A stretch of DNA of 37,075 bases from a virus (Duplodnaviria > Heunggongvirae > Uroviricota > Caudoviricetes). Of this stretch, positions 8,849 through 17,170 are shown one piece after another (the stretch's first letter is position 1; every line of letters begins with the position of its first letter). The notes below the pieces were generated by a model. That model did no database searches. It saw only the letters and a program-made list of their open reading frames with translations, and was not told the origin of the DNA. Where the stretch lies: the IMG/VR virus record IMGVR_UViG_3300010163_000013, positions 64,001-101,075 of that record; one strand, given 5' to 3'. The position numbers and the translations under genes are program-made.

Positions 8849-9823
8849 ATGAAAACATTTAATATTAATGATGTAAATAATACAGACGAGGTAGTTGTAG
8901 ATTTATTTATTAAGCGATTAGAAATAAAGATGGCAAAAAATAATAAATTATATATTGAAGGAAACGGTATTAATAATAACTTAGACATAAATTTTAAGAA
9001 ATGGGAAGCGACACAAGAACAATATAACAAATTAAAAAACATAAAATTTATGAGAATTAAGGGTATAATTAATGAATACAATGGAATAAAACAAATAATA
9101 TTAAGTAATTATAAAGAAATTCCCGAAGATAATATTGTATTAAGTGATTATATGCCATCTTCTAATTTAAATATTAATGATGTACAGAATTTTTTTGACA
9201 ATATCATTAATTCTCTTAATAATGATAAGTATAAAAAAATTATTAATGAATTATTGATTGATGCATTCTATATTCAAGGTGCCTCAACTAAATATCATCA
9301 TAATAAAAATATGGGGTTATTAGAACATACTTATCAAATGTTAAATGAAGCTAAATTATTAATAGACAATGATAAAACAGGGTTATATAAAAATGTAAAT
9401 ACTGATTTGTTATATACAGCAATATTATTGCATGATATAGGCAAAATAGAAGAATTAGAAAGCAATGAGTATGGTATTATTGAAAAATATTCTTATATAG
9501 GAGAATTATTGGGACATATCATAATTTGTGTTCAACAAATATCACAAGCCTGTAACAAATTAAATATAGATATTTTTGACAATGATATTGTATTGCTTAC
9601 ACATTGTATAATATCACATCATGGTAGACCTGAATGGGGTTCAAATAAGTACCCAATGATTATTGAAGCACAAATTTTATTTCAATTAGATTATAATAGT
9701 ACTCATATTGATATGTTCAATAATATATTAAGTGAAATAAATGATAACGAATTTAGTAATCGTCAATTTTTAATGAATGATAGGAAAATATATAAAAATG
9801 TGCCACAAGTAGATAATAATTAA
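8849..9823 (+). CDS. yhaM: YhaM/Cbf1-family 3'-5' exoribonuclease (OB fold plus HD domain)
   Basis: HHNKNMGLLEHT, LLHDIGKIEEL, LLGHI, HCIISHHGRPEWGS..P..IEA; OB-like RIKGIINEYNGIKQI. AAGGAG at 8834-8839 favours ATG 8849 over the track's start at 8786. Confidence 0.85.
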   Translation: MKTFNINDVNNTDEVVVDLFIKRLEIKMAKNNKLYIEGNGINNNLDINFKKWEATQEQYNKLKNIKFMRIKGIINEYNGIKQIILSNYKEIPEDNIVLSDYMPSSNLNINDVQNFFDNIINSLNNDKYKKIINELLIDAFYIQGASTKYHHNKNMGLLEHTYQMLNEAKLLIDNDKTGLYKNVNTDLLYTAILLHDIGKIEELESNEYGIIEKYSYIGELLGHIIICVQQISQACNKLNIDIFDNDIVLLTHCIISHHGRPEWGSNKYPMIIEAQILFQLDYNSTHIDMFNNILSEINDNEFSNRQFLMNDRKIYKNVPQVDNN

Positions 9824-9849
9824 TATTATAAAATATAAATAATTTCAAT

Positions 9850-9884
9850 AAAAAAAGAAGATATATTAATTATCTTCTTTTTTT
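9850..9884. terminator. Bidirectional terminator between convergent genes
   Basis: AAAAAAAGAAGATA / TATCTTCTTTTTTT inverted repeat. Confidence 0.7.
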
Positions 9885-9900
9885 ATATTATATATTAATT

Positions 9901-10275
9901 CTAATTACTTTTATTTAATATTGTTATTGTTCGCTTTTTAGATTTTAATTTTATATATTTTGATTTATTATTTAATGATAAATTGTTTTGTACCTTTATT
10001 GAAAGTATTTTATATTCACACTGCTGAAATAAAAATATTTCAGTTAATGCCATTATAGTATTTTGTATTGTTATTAAATCTATATTATCAAAAGTTATTT
10101 GTATACCAAATATATTATCAACTATATTATTTCTTGATAATGAATATTTTACAATATATTCTTTTAATGTATTTAATATATATTTTATATATACATTAAA
10201 AGAATGTTGAATTGTATCATATTTTTTTGTTTTTATTCCTAATGTTATTATTATAGTTTTCTCCATAAACACCAA
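9901..10275 (-). CDS. Hypothetical protein, about 124 aa
   Basis: ORF with AAAGGA upstream; no motif recognised. Confidence 0.55.
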   Translation of the reverse strand: MVFMEKTIIITLGIKTKKYDTIQHSFNVYIKYILNTLKEYIVKYSLSRNNIVDNIFGIQITFDNIDLITIQNTIMALTEIFLFQQCEYKILSIKVQNNLSLNNKSKYIKLKSKKRTITILNKSN

Positions 10276-10999
10276 ATCCTTTTAAATCTATTTATATTCA
10301 GTTTAAATGCCCTTATAAAGTGTTTTTATACATAAGGCATATAAAAATACATATTAAATTAAAAGTGCTTTTAAAACGGCAATAAAAAGGTTTTAAAATA
10401 TGTTTATATTATAAGTTTTAATATAATAAGCCTACAATTTTGTTAAAATCGTTTTATAATATAAATAATGTAACAATATATTAAGGTTATAAAATAGACA
10501 ACACATACATTCCTAAAGTTAATCTATTTTAAAAAATTTTTATAGATATTTTTATTCTCCTATATTATATATATTATATCATTAATTTCTTTAAAATTAA
10601 AGCTATATTTAACGATTACTTTATTATTTATCTATTAATAATAAATTCGTATAAAATTTTATTAAGTATTATCATATCCAATCAATCATAATTTTTATGA
10701 TTAAAGAATATCTTATTTAAGATAGATAAGATATTAAACATATAATTAAAATAAATTTATATAAATAAATATAGTTAAAGGATTATACCTTTTTTCAAAC
10801 ACTATTATAAAATATTGCATAGGGGAGTGTGTTATTTTGATAAATAATTTTATAAAAATATTTAAATTATAATTATATAATATGTTATTTTATGCTTATA
10901 TGGAAAAATAAAATTATTATAAACTTTAAAATTGAATCACAAATAGACCGTTGAAAGTAATTATTTTTTCAACAGCCTAAATACTAAAGAAAACAAAAT

Positions 11000-11893
11000 T
11001 TATTTTTTATTATTCCAATATTCAGTCCAATCAGTATTTGCATAATCATAATTAATTTGATTTTGAATATCAAAATAATATTGTTGTTTTGCATTATACA
11101 ATACAGTTAAAATATATGCTCTTGGATTATGTATTTTAGTAGTTTGTTCATTATATTTTTCTATAACATAAATAATATCATCACAATTTAATTTTAACAA
11201 TCTACTAATTATTATATCTATGGGAGTAGCAGAGCCATTAATATTAATATTATGTTTTTGTGAGTTTACAGTATCATAAATAATGTCAAGAATATAATTT
11301 ATATCATTTTCACTTAACTTAGGATTAATATTAAATACCATATTATAATCATATAAATTTTTTAAAAAGTCTAAGGAATATTTTTCATTTTTTTCTTGAC
11401 TTTTATTATTAGTTGTGTTATTATAATTATGAACATTACTTTCATATTTTATGTTTTGAGGTTGATTTTTCTTTTTCATAAAAGAATTATTAACCTCTTT
11501 TTTTATGTAAATTTCTTCTAAAGATTTATCATCTAATGTCTTATTTTCAAAGTTTTTAATAAGTTCTTTTGCTTCATTTATATCTTTAGCTTTCCATAAT
11601 TCTTCAAAATCATAAATAGTATAATAATTACTCGTTTGACTACCATCTTTACGAAATCTATTCTCAATCTTAATTATACTTTTATCTTTTAATGATTTTA
11701 AGACATATCGAACCTTCCTTGTACAACAATTAGCTCTTTCAGCAATTGCTTTTACAGAAGGGAAACAGGTATTATTTGAATTACAAAATGTTTTAAGCGT
11801 TACTAATATAGTTTTTTCAGCTATACTTAATAATTTACTTGCCCATAAATCTATATGGATTTTAGCAAATGCTCTTGTTGTTGCCATACGCAA
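11000..11893 (-). CDS. Putative replication initiator (N-terminal winged HTH plus DUF6017-like C-terminus)
   Basis: LSIAEKTILVTLKTFCNSNNTCFPSVKAIAERANCCTRKVRYVLKSL...IKIENRFRKDGSQTSNYYTI (HTH_36-like); RLLKLNCDDIIYVIEKY...KIHNPRAYILTVLYNA (DUF6017-like). Probable start is ATG 11887 with AGGAAG RBS. Confidence 0.72.
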   Translation of the reverse strand: MRMATTRAFAKIHIDLWASKLLSIAEKTILVTLKTFCNSNNTCFPSVKAIAERANCCTRKVRYVLKSLKDKSIIKIENRFRKDGSQTSNYYTIYDFEELWKAKDINEAKELIKNFENKTLDDKSLEEIYIKKEVNNSFMKKKNQPQNIKYESNVHNYNNTTNNKSQEKNEKYSLDFLKNLYDYNMVFNINPKLSENDINYILDIIYDTVNSQKHNININGSATPIDIIISRLLKLNCDDIIYVIEKYNEQTTKIHNPRAYILTVLYNAKQQYYFDIQNQINYDYANTDWTEYWNNKK

Positions 11894-11923
11894 TCTTCCT
11901 TTATAAATATATTTTTTAGTTAT

Positions 11924-11995
11924 ATTATAATATAATTTTAAAACGGAGTCAATAATTAAATTTATATTGAAAAAACTTTAAATGTTATGTATAAT
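11924..11995. promoter_or_regulatory. Divergent sigmaA promoter pair: minus strand for the initiator, plus strand for dnaE(C)
   Basis: Minus: TTGACT (11952-11947), 17 nt, TATAAT (11929-11924). Plus: TTGAAA (11967-11972), 17 nt, TATAAT (11990-11995). Confidence 0.6.
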
Positions 11996-12031
11996 AAAAT
12001 AAATAGCCAAATAACTAGGGAGGGATAAAAT

Positions 12032-12145
12032 TTGAAATTTACAAAAATAAAGAAAAAAGAATATGAAAATTATGACGGTTATGTTTACGATTTAACTGTA
12101 GAAGAAAGTCATTCGTATAATATTGATAATTTAATTGTTCATAAT
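12032..12145 (+). other. C-terminal half of the split intein (IntC, 38 aa)
   Basis: MKFTKIKKKEYENYDGYVYDLTVEESHSYNIDNLIVHN then Ser+1: block F VYDLTV..HSY and block G VHN/S. Confidence 0.93.
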
Positions 12146-14911
12146 TCAGGAGCAGGTTCATTAGTTTGTTATACTACTAATATAACAAAAGTTGATCCTC
12201 TTGAATATGATTTATTATTTGAAAGATTTTTAAATCCTGATCGTGGGCATTTGCCAGATGTTGATGCAGATTTTTGTATTAATAATGGATATAAAGTATT
12301 TGATTATTTAAATAAAAAATATGGGAAAGAACATTGTTGTAATATTATTACATTTCAAAGATTACAAACTAAAGCTATTATAAAAGATTTAGCAAGGGCA
12401 TTAGAAATAGATTTTGTAGAAGTTAATAATTTTACAAAAACAATACCAGATGTTCTTGATGGTAAACCTGTTCATATTAAAGACTTAATTGAACATCCTC
12501 AATATAAATGGTTTTTTGATAAATATCCTGTTATTAAAGAACACGCTATTAAATTAGAGGGTATACCAAAATCAAATTCACAACACCCTGCTGGTATAGG
12601 CATTGTACCACAAGAAATAACAGATTTAACACCTGTTATAAGAGCGAAAGAAGAAGTTGGAACTGAAGAAATGTATTTATCTTCATTTGAAAAACAACAA
12701 TGTGAAGACATAGGAATTGTTAAATATGATATTCTTCGTCTTAGTAATATTTCTGATATAAAAACAATGGTAAATATGATAAATCTACACTATAATATGG
12801 AATTAACAGAAGAATCAATACCGTTAAATGATAAAAAAACTTGGGAACTGATAAGTAGTGGCAAAACGTTAGGAGTATTTCAATTTGCCTCACCTCTTGG
12901 AATAGATGTTGTTACAAAAATAAAACCAAATAACATAGAAGAATTAGCAGCGGCTAATGCTTTTATTCGACCAGGAGCGTCTGGTTTGCCAGAATATATT
13001 GCAGGCAAACAGAATTATAAAAATACAAAAAAAATACATCCTAAATTAGATAAATATTTAAAGAAAACATTTGGTAGTATTGTATATCAAGAACAAATTA
13101 TGCAGCTTATTTCTGAATTAATGGGTATTTCTTTTGGTCAAGCTGATATATATAGACGAGCATTAGAAAAGCCTAATAAAGGTAAAAACAAAAAAATAGT
13201 AGATGATTTCAATAATAATGTTGTTGAAAAGGCTACACAATTAGGTTTTTCTAAAGAAATAGCTAATAGTGTCAGAAAATTGATTATTGAAAATTCAGGC
13301 TATGGTTTTAATAAATGTTTAAGTGGTTCAGAATATATTTACGGTTATTCAGATGATATTAAAACCTTATATAATAAATATCAAAAATATAAAAAAAATA
13401 TTTTGTTAAAAAATCCTTTAAACATTAAAACTATTAGTATGGACAATGAACAACAACCATATAAAAATACAATAAAAGACATACAATATAGTGGATTTGA
13501 ACATACTTTTGAAATTGTTTTAGAATCATTTAAAACCATAAAAGCGACTAAAAATCATAAATTCCCCATATATAAATATGGTAATATTCAAGAATTAACA
13601 TTAGATAAAATAAACAAAGGAGATTATTTATTTGTTTATGATTTTAAAAACAATATTTTTAAAAAAGAAAAAATATTAAGAATAACCATTCAACCAAAAG
13701 AAAATGTATATGATATTACAATGCAAAATCCTTATCATAATTTTATTATAAATAATGGTATATTAACTTGTAATAGTCACGCTGTATGTTATTCTATAAT
13801 TTCATATTGGACAGCTTGGATGAAAATAAATTATCCATTAATATTTTATACTGTAATGTTAAACTCTTGTAAGGATAGTGAATTTGCTTTATTTATTCAA
13901 GAGGCTAAAAATAGAGGTATAACAATTAATCCACCTAATATAAATAAATCAAAATACTTATGTACTATAGAAGATAAAAATACTAATTCAATACGAATAG
14001 GATTAAAAGCAATAAAAGGAGTAGGCCCTGCCGCTGTTCAATGTATAGAAGAAAAACAACCTTTTAAAACTTTAAATCATTTTTTTGAAATAAAAACATC
14101 AGCAGTAAATAAAAAAGTAATTGAAGTTTTATCTAAAGCGAGTGCTTTTAGTGGATTAGGCATAGAAATAAATAATATATCTACTTCATTGACAAACACT
14201 AATATAGTGTATCTTAATAATGAACAATTAAAATTATTTTTTGATGTGCTTAACGAAACATCTAAAACAAAAACTATACCTAAGTATGCTATACCTGTTG
14301 ATATGATAAAAGGTAAAATATTAAATTCTTTACAATTATTTATTGAAAAGGATAATACGATTATTGTTCCAGAGGATAAATTAAATATTATAGATATAAC
14401 ATTAACAGAAAACGATAAGAAAAAATATAAAACTCGTAAAACGGCAAAATCGGCATTTACTATACCTGAACAAAATAATAAATTATCTATATTTGAAAAA
14501 GCATTAGTTTATTGTGAAAATCAATTATTAAATGTTAAACCTAATATAATAAAAAGTTATATTGATGAAATGAAAATTGTAGGATATTCATTTATAGAAC
14601 ATCCTTGTATTAAATATATCAATAAGATATATGATCCTAAAAATCCTACATCAACATTTAATGATATGGAAGAAACGTTATTTATGGTTTGTGGAATTAT
14701 TAATGATATAGAAGAAAAATTAACAAAAAATAATAAAAAATATTATTTAATAACCTTAATTACACCTGTTGATACAATTACAATGTCTTTATGGGAAAAT
14801 CAATATAAACAATATGAAAATATCATAAAACAATATAATATAATTAAATCAGTAGGTATTAAAAAGTTTGGGCGATTTAATATTAATAAATTGGCTGAAA
14901 TAAAATTATAG
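12032..14911 (+). CDS. dnaE: DNA polymerase III alpha, C-terminal fragment, preceded by a split C-intein and containing a cis mini-intein
   Basis: GGAGG RBS and TTG start. After VHN comes SGAGSLVCY...VDPLEYDLLFERFLNPDR..PDVDADF, QHPAGI, VKYDILRL, GVFQF, GSIVYQEQIM, GYGFNK/SHA, PPNINKS, IRIGLKAIKGVG (HhH) and a C-terminal OB fold. Confidence 0.95.
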   Translation: MKFTKIKKKEYENYDGYVYDLTVEESHSYNIDNLIVHNSGAGSLVCYTTNITKVDPLEYDLLFERFLNPDRGHLPDVDADFCINNGYKVFDYLNKKYGKEHCCNIITFQRLQTKAIIKDLARALEIDFVEVNNFTKTIPDVLDGKPVHIKDLIEHPQYKWFFDKYPVIKEHAIKLEGIPKSNSQHPAGIGIVPQEITDLTPVIRAKEEVGTEEMYLSSFEKQQCEDIGIVKYDILRLSNISDIKTMVNMINLHYNMELTEESIPLNDKKTWELISSGKTLGVFQFASPLGIDVVTKIKPNNIEELAAANAFIRPGASGLPEYIAGKQNYKNTKKIHPKLDKYLKKTFGSIVYQEQIMQLISELMGISFGQADIYRRALEKPNKGKNKKIVDDFNNNVVEKATQLGFSKEIANSVRKLIIENSGYGFNKCLSGSEYIYGYSDDIKTLYNKYQKYKKNILLKNPLNIKTISMDNEQQPYKNTIKDIQYSGFEHTFEIVLESFKTIKATKNHKFPIYKYGNIQELTLDKINKGDYLFVYDFKNNIFKKEKILRITIQPKENVYDITMQNPYHNFIINNGILTCNSHAVCYSIISYWTAWMKINYPLIFYTVMLNSCKDSEFALFIQEAKNRGITINPPNINKSKYLCTIEDKNTNSIRIGLKAIKGVGPAAVQCIEEKQPFKTLNHFFEIKTSAVNKKVIEVLSKASAFSGLGIEINNISTSLTNTNIVYLNNEQLKLFFDVLNETSKTKTIPKYAIPVDMIKGKILNSLQLFIEKDNTIIVPEDKLNIIDITLTENDKKKYKTRKTAKSAFTIPEQNNKLSIFEKALVYCENQLLNVKPNIIKSYIDEMKIVGYSFIEHPCIKYINKIYDPKNPTSTFNDMEETLFMVCGIINDIEEKLTKNNKKYYLITLITPVDTITMSLWENQYKQYENIIKQYNIIKSVGIKKFGRFNINKLAEIKL
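13316..13774 (+). other. Contiguous mini-intein (153 aa) in dnaE at FNK/SH
   Basis: GYGFNK|CLSGSEYI...ATKNH (block B)...VYDITMQNPYHNFII (block F) NNGILTCN|SHAVCY. Removing it restores YGFNKSHA. No endonuclease domain. Confidence 0.92.
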
Positions 14912-14916
14912 TTTTT

Positions 14917-14946
14917 AAAAGACCACTTTTTTATAAGTGGTCTTTT
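14917..14946 (+). terminator. Intrinsic terminator after dnaE(C)
   Basis: AAAAGACCACTT / AAGTGGTCTTTT perfect inverted repeat. Confidence 0.75.
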
Positions 14947-15011
14947 AATGTTGATAAAATTAAAAATATATGCTATACTAAATAAAAATCAATCAAAGGA
15001 GTTGAGTTAAA

Positions 15012-15400
15012 ATGTTTATACAATATATTTTTTTGTTAATCGTTATGATATTTTTACACATAGTAGATGATTACTATTTACAAGGTAAATTAGCATTATT
15101 TAAACAAAAAAAATGGTGGCAAGAAAACTACCCAAAAAAATATATAAAAAAGATTATTTAATAGCATTGTTTTTTCATAGTTTTAGTTGGAGCTTTATGG
15201 TTATGTTACCATTATATTATTATTATAATTATATGTTTAATAATGTATTGTTAATATTATTTATATTAAATATTGTTATACATTTTATTGTAGATGATTT
15301 AAAAGCGAATAAAGGAATATTTAATTTAATACAAGACCAATTGATACATCTACTACAAATATTTATTTCTTGGTTTGTTGCTGTCGTACCTACTATATAA
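15012..15400 (+). pseudogene. DUF3307-like membrane protein split by a -1 frameshift at CCCAAAAAAA (15131-15140)
   Basis: RBS AAAGGAG and ATG 15012 give MFIQYIFLLIVMIFLHIVDDYYLQGKLALFKQKKWWQENYPKK, and this frame stops at 15159-15161. The -1 frame continues IYKKDYLIALFFHSFSW...IHFIVDDLKANK...DQLIHLLQI. The joined product is 129 aa. Confidence 0.7.
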
Positions 15401-15620
15401 AAAAGTTAAAAATGAATAAAATAACTTAATATATTATAATTAGAAGTTCTTGAACATATTTATTTTTTTATTTAGATAATAAGAACATTATTGATTTAAT
15501 GTTCTTATTATTATATAAATTAAAAAAGAGCGGAATTGTATACCACTTCTTTTTATACTTTTAAAAGTTTATTTGATTATCAACAACTGTTTTAATTATA
15601 AATTAACTACCCTCTCTTTA

Positions 15621-15756
15621 CTATACTTCTCATTCGTCAATCCTTATATCTTCTAAACTAAATTCTTTTTTTTAATGTTTTTTCTCTTGATGAATATATA
15701 TTGTATATATAATCATCATAAAAACTTTCTCTCATTATAACATATATTTTTTTCAT
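15621..15756 (-). pseudogene. Small decayed ORF
   Basis: AAGGAAG RBS; MKKIYVIMRESFYDDYIYNIYSSREKTLKK, then a shift in an A8 run to EFSLEDIRIDE*EV*. Confidence 0.3.
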
Positions 15757-16033
15757 TTTAATCATCTTCCTTTATTTTATATTTTTTAATTAGGATTATA
15801 TTACACATTTTAAATATTGTCAATATTGTTTAAAATTTTCATAAAAGTCAATCAAGCAAGGGTATAAATAATAACCACTCTTTTTATCTTTACAAATATT
15901 ATAATTATGATATATAATTATAATATAACTTATATATATTAAATGAGCAATATGTATGTTAATAAATATTTATGAATTTAATAATATTAAAATAAAAAAG
16001 TTTTAAAAAACAACAAAAAGGAGAATTTATAAA

Positions 16034-17152
16034 ATGAAAATTTTATGTACTGCCGATATTCATATCGGACAACAAGCATATAGTACAATTGATTCTACAA
16101 CAGGATTAAATAATAGAATATTACATAGTTTATCTATTTTTGATGAAATGATAGATTATATTCTTAATAATAATATTGAAGTATTTGCATTTGCAGGAGA
16201 TTTATATAAAAATAATTTACCCTCTCCTACTATTCAAGATGAAGTTAATAAAAGATTTAAAAGATTGTCTGATAACAACATTCATACATTTATTATAGAC
16301 GGCAATCATGATGTTAGTAAATTATCAACTTCTAAATCCGCTATGAAAACTTATGATACTTTTAGTATACCTAATATTATTCATAGTAAATTTTTTAATA
16401 AACATATATATAAATCTAAAGATGGCAGGGCGTATCAATTTATTATGTTACCAACATATACAACAAAAGAAGAATTAATAGATTTAATTAATAATATTGA
16501 TTATACATTACCTACAATATTTATAGGACATTTAACCATAAGAGGAGCGTTATTAAATGATTGGTTAATAGAGGATAAAGAAGAATATATTGACAAAGAT
16601 ATTTTCAACAAACCTAATGTTAAAGCAGTCATACTAGGACATTTACATAAATATCAAGTTATCAATATAGAGCCTTTAATTTTTTACACTGGCTCACCTG
16701 ATAGAATAGATTTTACAGAAGAAAAACAAAATAAAGGTTTTGTAATCTTAGATATTAATAATACAGTAAAATATAATTTTATAGAAAATAATGCAGAAAA
16801 ATTTTTTACATTAAAACTTGATATTGAAAATGAATTAGATTATAATGAATATATCATAAAACAAATACAATTAAGTCAATTAAAAATAAAAAATTCCATT
16901 TTTAGATTAATTGTAAAATTAAACTTACAACAAATTTTAGATGATAAAGCAATATATATGGAATTAAATAAATATTCACCTAAGTATGTATTAGATATAC
17001 AAAAAAATTACACTTCAAAGCGTTATAATCGTAATAGTAATATTACTAACGAATTATCTATTGAAAAAAATATTGAAATATATTATAACAATAAGGATAG
17101 AGGGAAAGAAAGAATTAAATTAGGAAAAGAAATATGTCAACAATATCTTTAA
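16034..17152 (+). CDS. sbcD: SbcD/Mre11-like metallophosphoesterase nuclease
   Basis: TADIHIG, AGDLY, DGNHD, GHL, LGHLH, YTGSPDRIDFTE; AAGGAG RBS. Confidence 0.9.
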   Translation: MKILCTADIHIGQQAYSTIDSTTGLNNRILHSLSIFDEMIDYILNNNIEVFAFAGDLYKNNLPSPTIQDEVNKRFKRLSDNNIHTFIIDGNHDVSKLSTSKSAMKTYDTFSIPNIIHSKFFNKHIYKSKDGRAYQFIMLPTYTTKEELIDLINNIDYTLPTIFIGHLTIRGALLNDWLIEDKEEYIDKDIFNKPNVKAVILGHLHKYQVINIEPLIFYTGSPDRIDFTEEKQNKGFVILDINNTVKYNFIENNAEKFFTLKLDIENELDYNEYIIKQIQLSQLKIKNSIFRLIVKLNLQQILDDKAIYMELNKYSPKYVLDIQKNYTSKRYNRNSNITNELSIEKNIEIYYNNKDRGKERIKLGKEICQQYL

Positions 17153-17170
17153 TATAAGAATAAATAATAG

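Noticed and set aside
3055-12031. Free-standing homing endonuclease between the split dnaE halves
   Set aside because: I recognised no LAGLIDADG, HNH, GIY-YIG or Vsr-like motif in any intervening ORF; the Cys-rich paralogues lack an HNH pattern. A remote homologue cannot be excluded without HMM searches.
1564-14911. Two independent dnaE paralogues, or a group I/II intron splitting the gene
   Set aside because: The two parts are non-overlapping and complementary, both junctions carry intein motifs, each part has its own RBS and stop, and no intron structure or RT is present.
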